From NCBI GenBank assembly GCA_965202585.1, contig OZ241826.1:28210001-28274000 (forward strand): 64,000 bases of DNA, given 5' to 3'. The translations under genes were made by a program, and so were the position numbers. Shown in pieces: positions 61,619-64,000 of this stretch. The stretch's first letter is position 1. Every line of letters begins with the position of its first letter. The notes below the pieces were generated by a model. That model did no database searches. It had not been told where the DNA came from and was given only the letters and a program-made list of their open reading frames with translations. This DNA is from Thalia democratica (taxonomy: Eukaryota).

Positions 61619-64000
61619 GATGTATTTACTGTATAATATGTAAAAAAAGTCTAAATGTAAAAAAACAATCTTTTTTTCTTAAATTCAATAATTAAAATTA
61701 TTTAAATGTAGTCAAAGTAATTTAAATTAAAGTATATTGGTTTTTCTCAGATTTCTTAACCAAGTAAGTAGTTAATATTCAGAAAATGCTATTCATGCAT
61801 ACTTGATTTCTGTATATTTTTTTATTGAACAATAAAAAAAGGCTCAAAAGGTTTGATTTAAGGAGTTAATGTGAGAAAAAGCCTTTCGGTTATCGAGTCG
61901 TACACCATATGCTTTTACAACTTTTTCTGAGCAACAAATGTTAAATATTTTTCACTTAAACTTTTAAACCTTGATAAATATAACAATAAACATAATAAAT
62001 AAATAAAATGAAAGGAAGTTTAAGTTAGTAATGCTTTTACTTAAAATATTTTTACTTACGATGTACTCAAAAATGTATCTAGCAACATAAAACTTAACTA
62101 CAGTTTAAGCTTAAACCTCAAAAAAAATAGTAGAAAATTTTTTTAACATTACTGTATAAATATTAACCTAAACATGATTGATAAAACGAATTAAACTATA
62201 TTTATAGCAACCATGGAAATAATTAGAAAAGTGCTCACAACTTTTTTATAAAAGTAAAATCGTAAAAAACTTAAAGTTTTTAGGTTAAGTATTATTAGTT
62301 TTTTTTTGCTAAAAACTACCTTTCTTTTTAGATTTGACAATTAGATTAAAACCCTTAAAATAGTTACTATTTGTTTTGACCTGGACAAGACGTTTAAAGG
62401 TATCTGTGGAGTGCGATTCGAAAACCGAAAGGTTTTTTGATGCCTAAGACCAAAAATATTGACCGGTTTTATTTGTTGTTTAACATATATATTTGAACAA
62501 AAAAAATATTATATAACTTTTTAAAGAAGTTAATTCCACTATATATATAAAATTTAGTGTATGACAAATAAAAGCGCTCAAAATGTTTGGTCCTAAGACC
62601 TGGTGCACAAATAATTAATTGGTTTATAAACTCAACTTAACTTTTGAAGACTAAAAAAAAAAATACTGTAGCATCAGACACTATGCATTTAAGGAGAAAA
62701 TAAAAATCGTTCGGTTAAAAATTATTTTTAATTCAAAAATGTATTTGAAAGAAGTAGAAAATATTTAAAGACATATAAAGAAAATGTATATACTTTTATG
62801 TTTCCTAAGAATAAAGATTAACTTATTATAAGTTTACTTTAATAGTAATCTCAGCTCACAATTTATCTGTATATTTAACTCACTGTTAAAAGGTACATCT
62901 ATAAATTAGTAACCTCTATCACAAAGTTTTTAAATGGATATACTGGAACAATAAATAGAAGTTTATTAATATTCTGAAATTATTTTAAAGTAGTATTTCT
63001 AAACAATTATGCAAAAAAACCAAATAGAAATGCTGCAACTAAAACTTAACTACTGTTATTTTAACAATTTTAAATGACAAATATTAACAACTCCTTAAAC
63101 AAAAGTAATTAGACGATGAGCAATGATCAGTTATGATCCAGTAGCCTACAAGGAGTTTTATGTATGGTTATAGTGTGTTATAGGAGTGCCACAGATCAAG
63201 CTGAGAAAAATTTCCTGACTTTTCCTGACTTTTCTAAATTAAACCTTAATTTAAACGTATTCTAAAATACATATCCTAACACTTCAAACTATAAGAAGCT
63301 TTAAATCTATTTTTTTTACAGAATAAAACAAAAATTTTTTTTGACCAATTCAATCATCAAACTTCCATTACACGACTTGAACCATCTGTGTATGATCGAT
63401 GTGTTCGAATAAACAGCTCTATCACCAATATACTTGTGTTATTGTCTTAAAAACACAGCATGTCTGAAAAAAGACACAACCTTTTAAGCTTTTTATAACT
63501 TATATAATTAAGTAACAGTAAGTAAATAAATGAAAATTCAAACTATGTATCTGTTGTATAAAATGTTTTCTCTTATGATTAAGCATAATATTTTTTAGAA
63601 ATAAATCAAGTTTTTTTTAATATTAATAACTTAAGTTATTCTACAAAAAAAAACAAATAGATAAACTGAAATATGGCATATGCCTCTCTTATAACTTATT
63701 TTACAAACTGAAACAACTTAAAGAAAAAACATAAAGAGCTAAAGCATATATTTTAAGTTATTACATAAAATACTAAACTAACTGCTTACTTATAAAAAAC
63801 TCAACTATTTACTTGAAGAAAAAACACTTTGATTCTAAAATCATGCTAGATTTACTTTTGTGTTTATATCAAAGTTTCACTTTAAAAGTGTTCTTTGCTA
63901 CAGATCATCAATATTAAAAAGCTTACAAAAACTGCTTGTTCAATTTGTAAGCAAAAATTCAAATTTAAAAGAAGTTTTTGCAATTTAATAAAGGATATTT

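Noticed and set aside
1-64000. Prokaryotic systems (CRISPR array, operon, toxin-antitoxin), tRNA or rRNA genes; the PARP-like genes as cargo of one giant transposon
   Set aside because: The DNA is spliceosomal-intron-bearing and eukaryotic. I saw no regularly spaced repeat-spacer array and no full tRNA cloverleaf or rRNA. No shared TIR/TSD pair or helitron ends bound the duplicated units, so segmental duplication explains them better.

Overview
AT-rich eukaryotic (animal-like) genomic DNA with GT-AG introns, (TA)n microsatellites and many DNA-transposon, LINE and Penelope remnants. The repeat content resembles Hydra-type genomes, but the species cannot be fixed from sequence alone. The dominant feature is a cluster of five paralogous, CDS-intronless, GC-richer genes in strictly alternating orientation (-,+,-,+,-). 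They encode an unusual PARP-fold (ARTD-like) protein built from an internal duplication: coiled coil, ART domain with H-Y but Arg/Lys at the catalytic Glu position, second coiled coil, then a compact degenerate pseudo-ART domain with a Cys cluster. Two copies are intact (31381-33102, 59894-61618). One has a single nonsense codon (43631-45346), one lost the whole second domain (26478-27770) and one lost the end of it (8137-9811). The copies lie in nested direct and inverted segmental duplications and show a gene-conversion tract. Features missed by the ORF track: three spliced exons of a divergent homeobox gene (113-1233); a hAT transposase pseudogene; a young 5'-truncated Penelope-like element with 408-bp inverted arms, an open GIY-YIG endonuclease frame and two minimal type I hammerhead ribozyme motifs; an older Penelope fragment; CR1/L2-like LINE ends; and several MITE families. 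All alignments and identities were done by eye.
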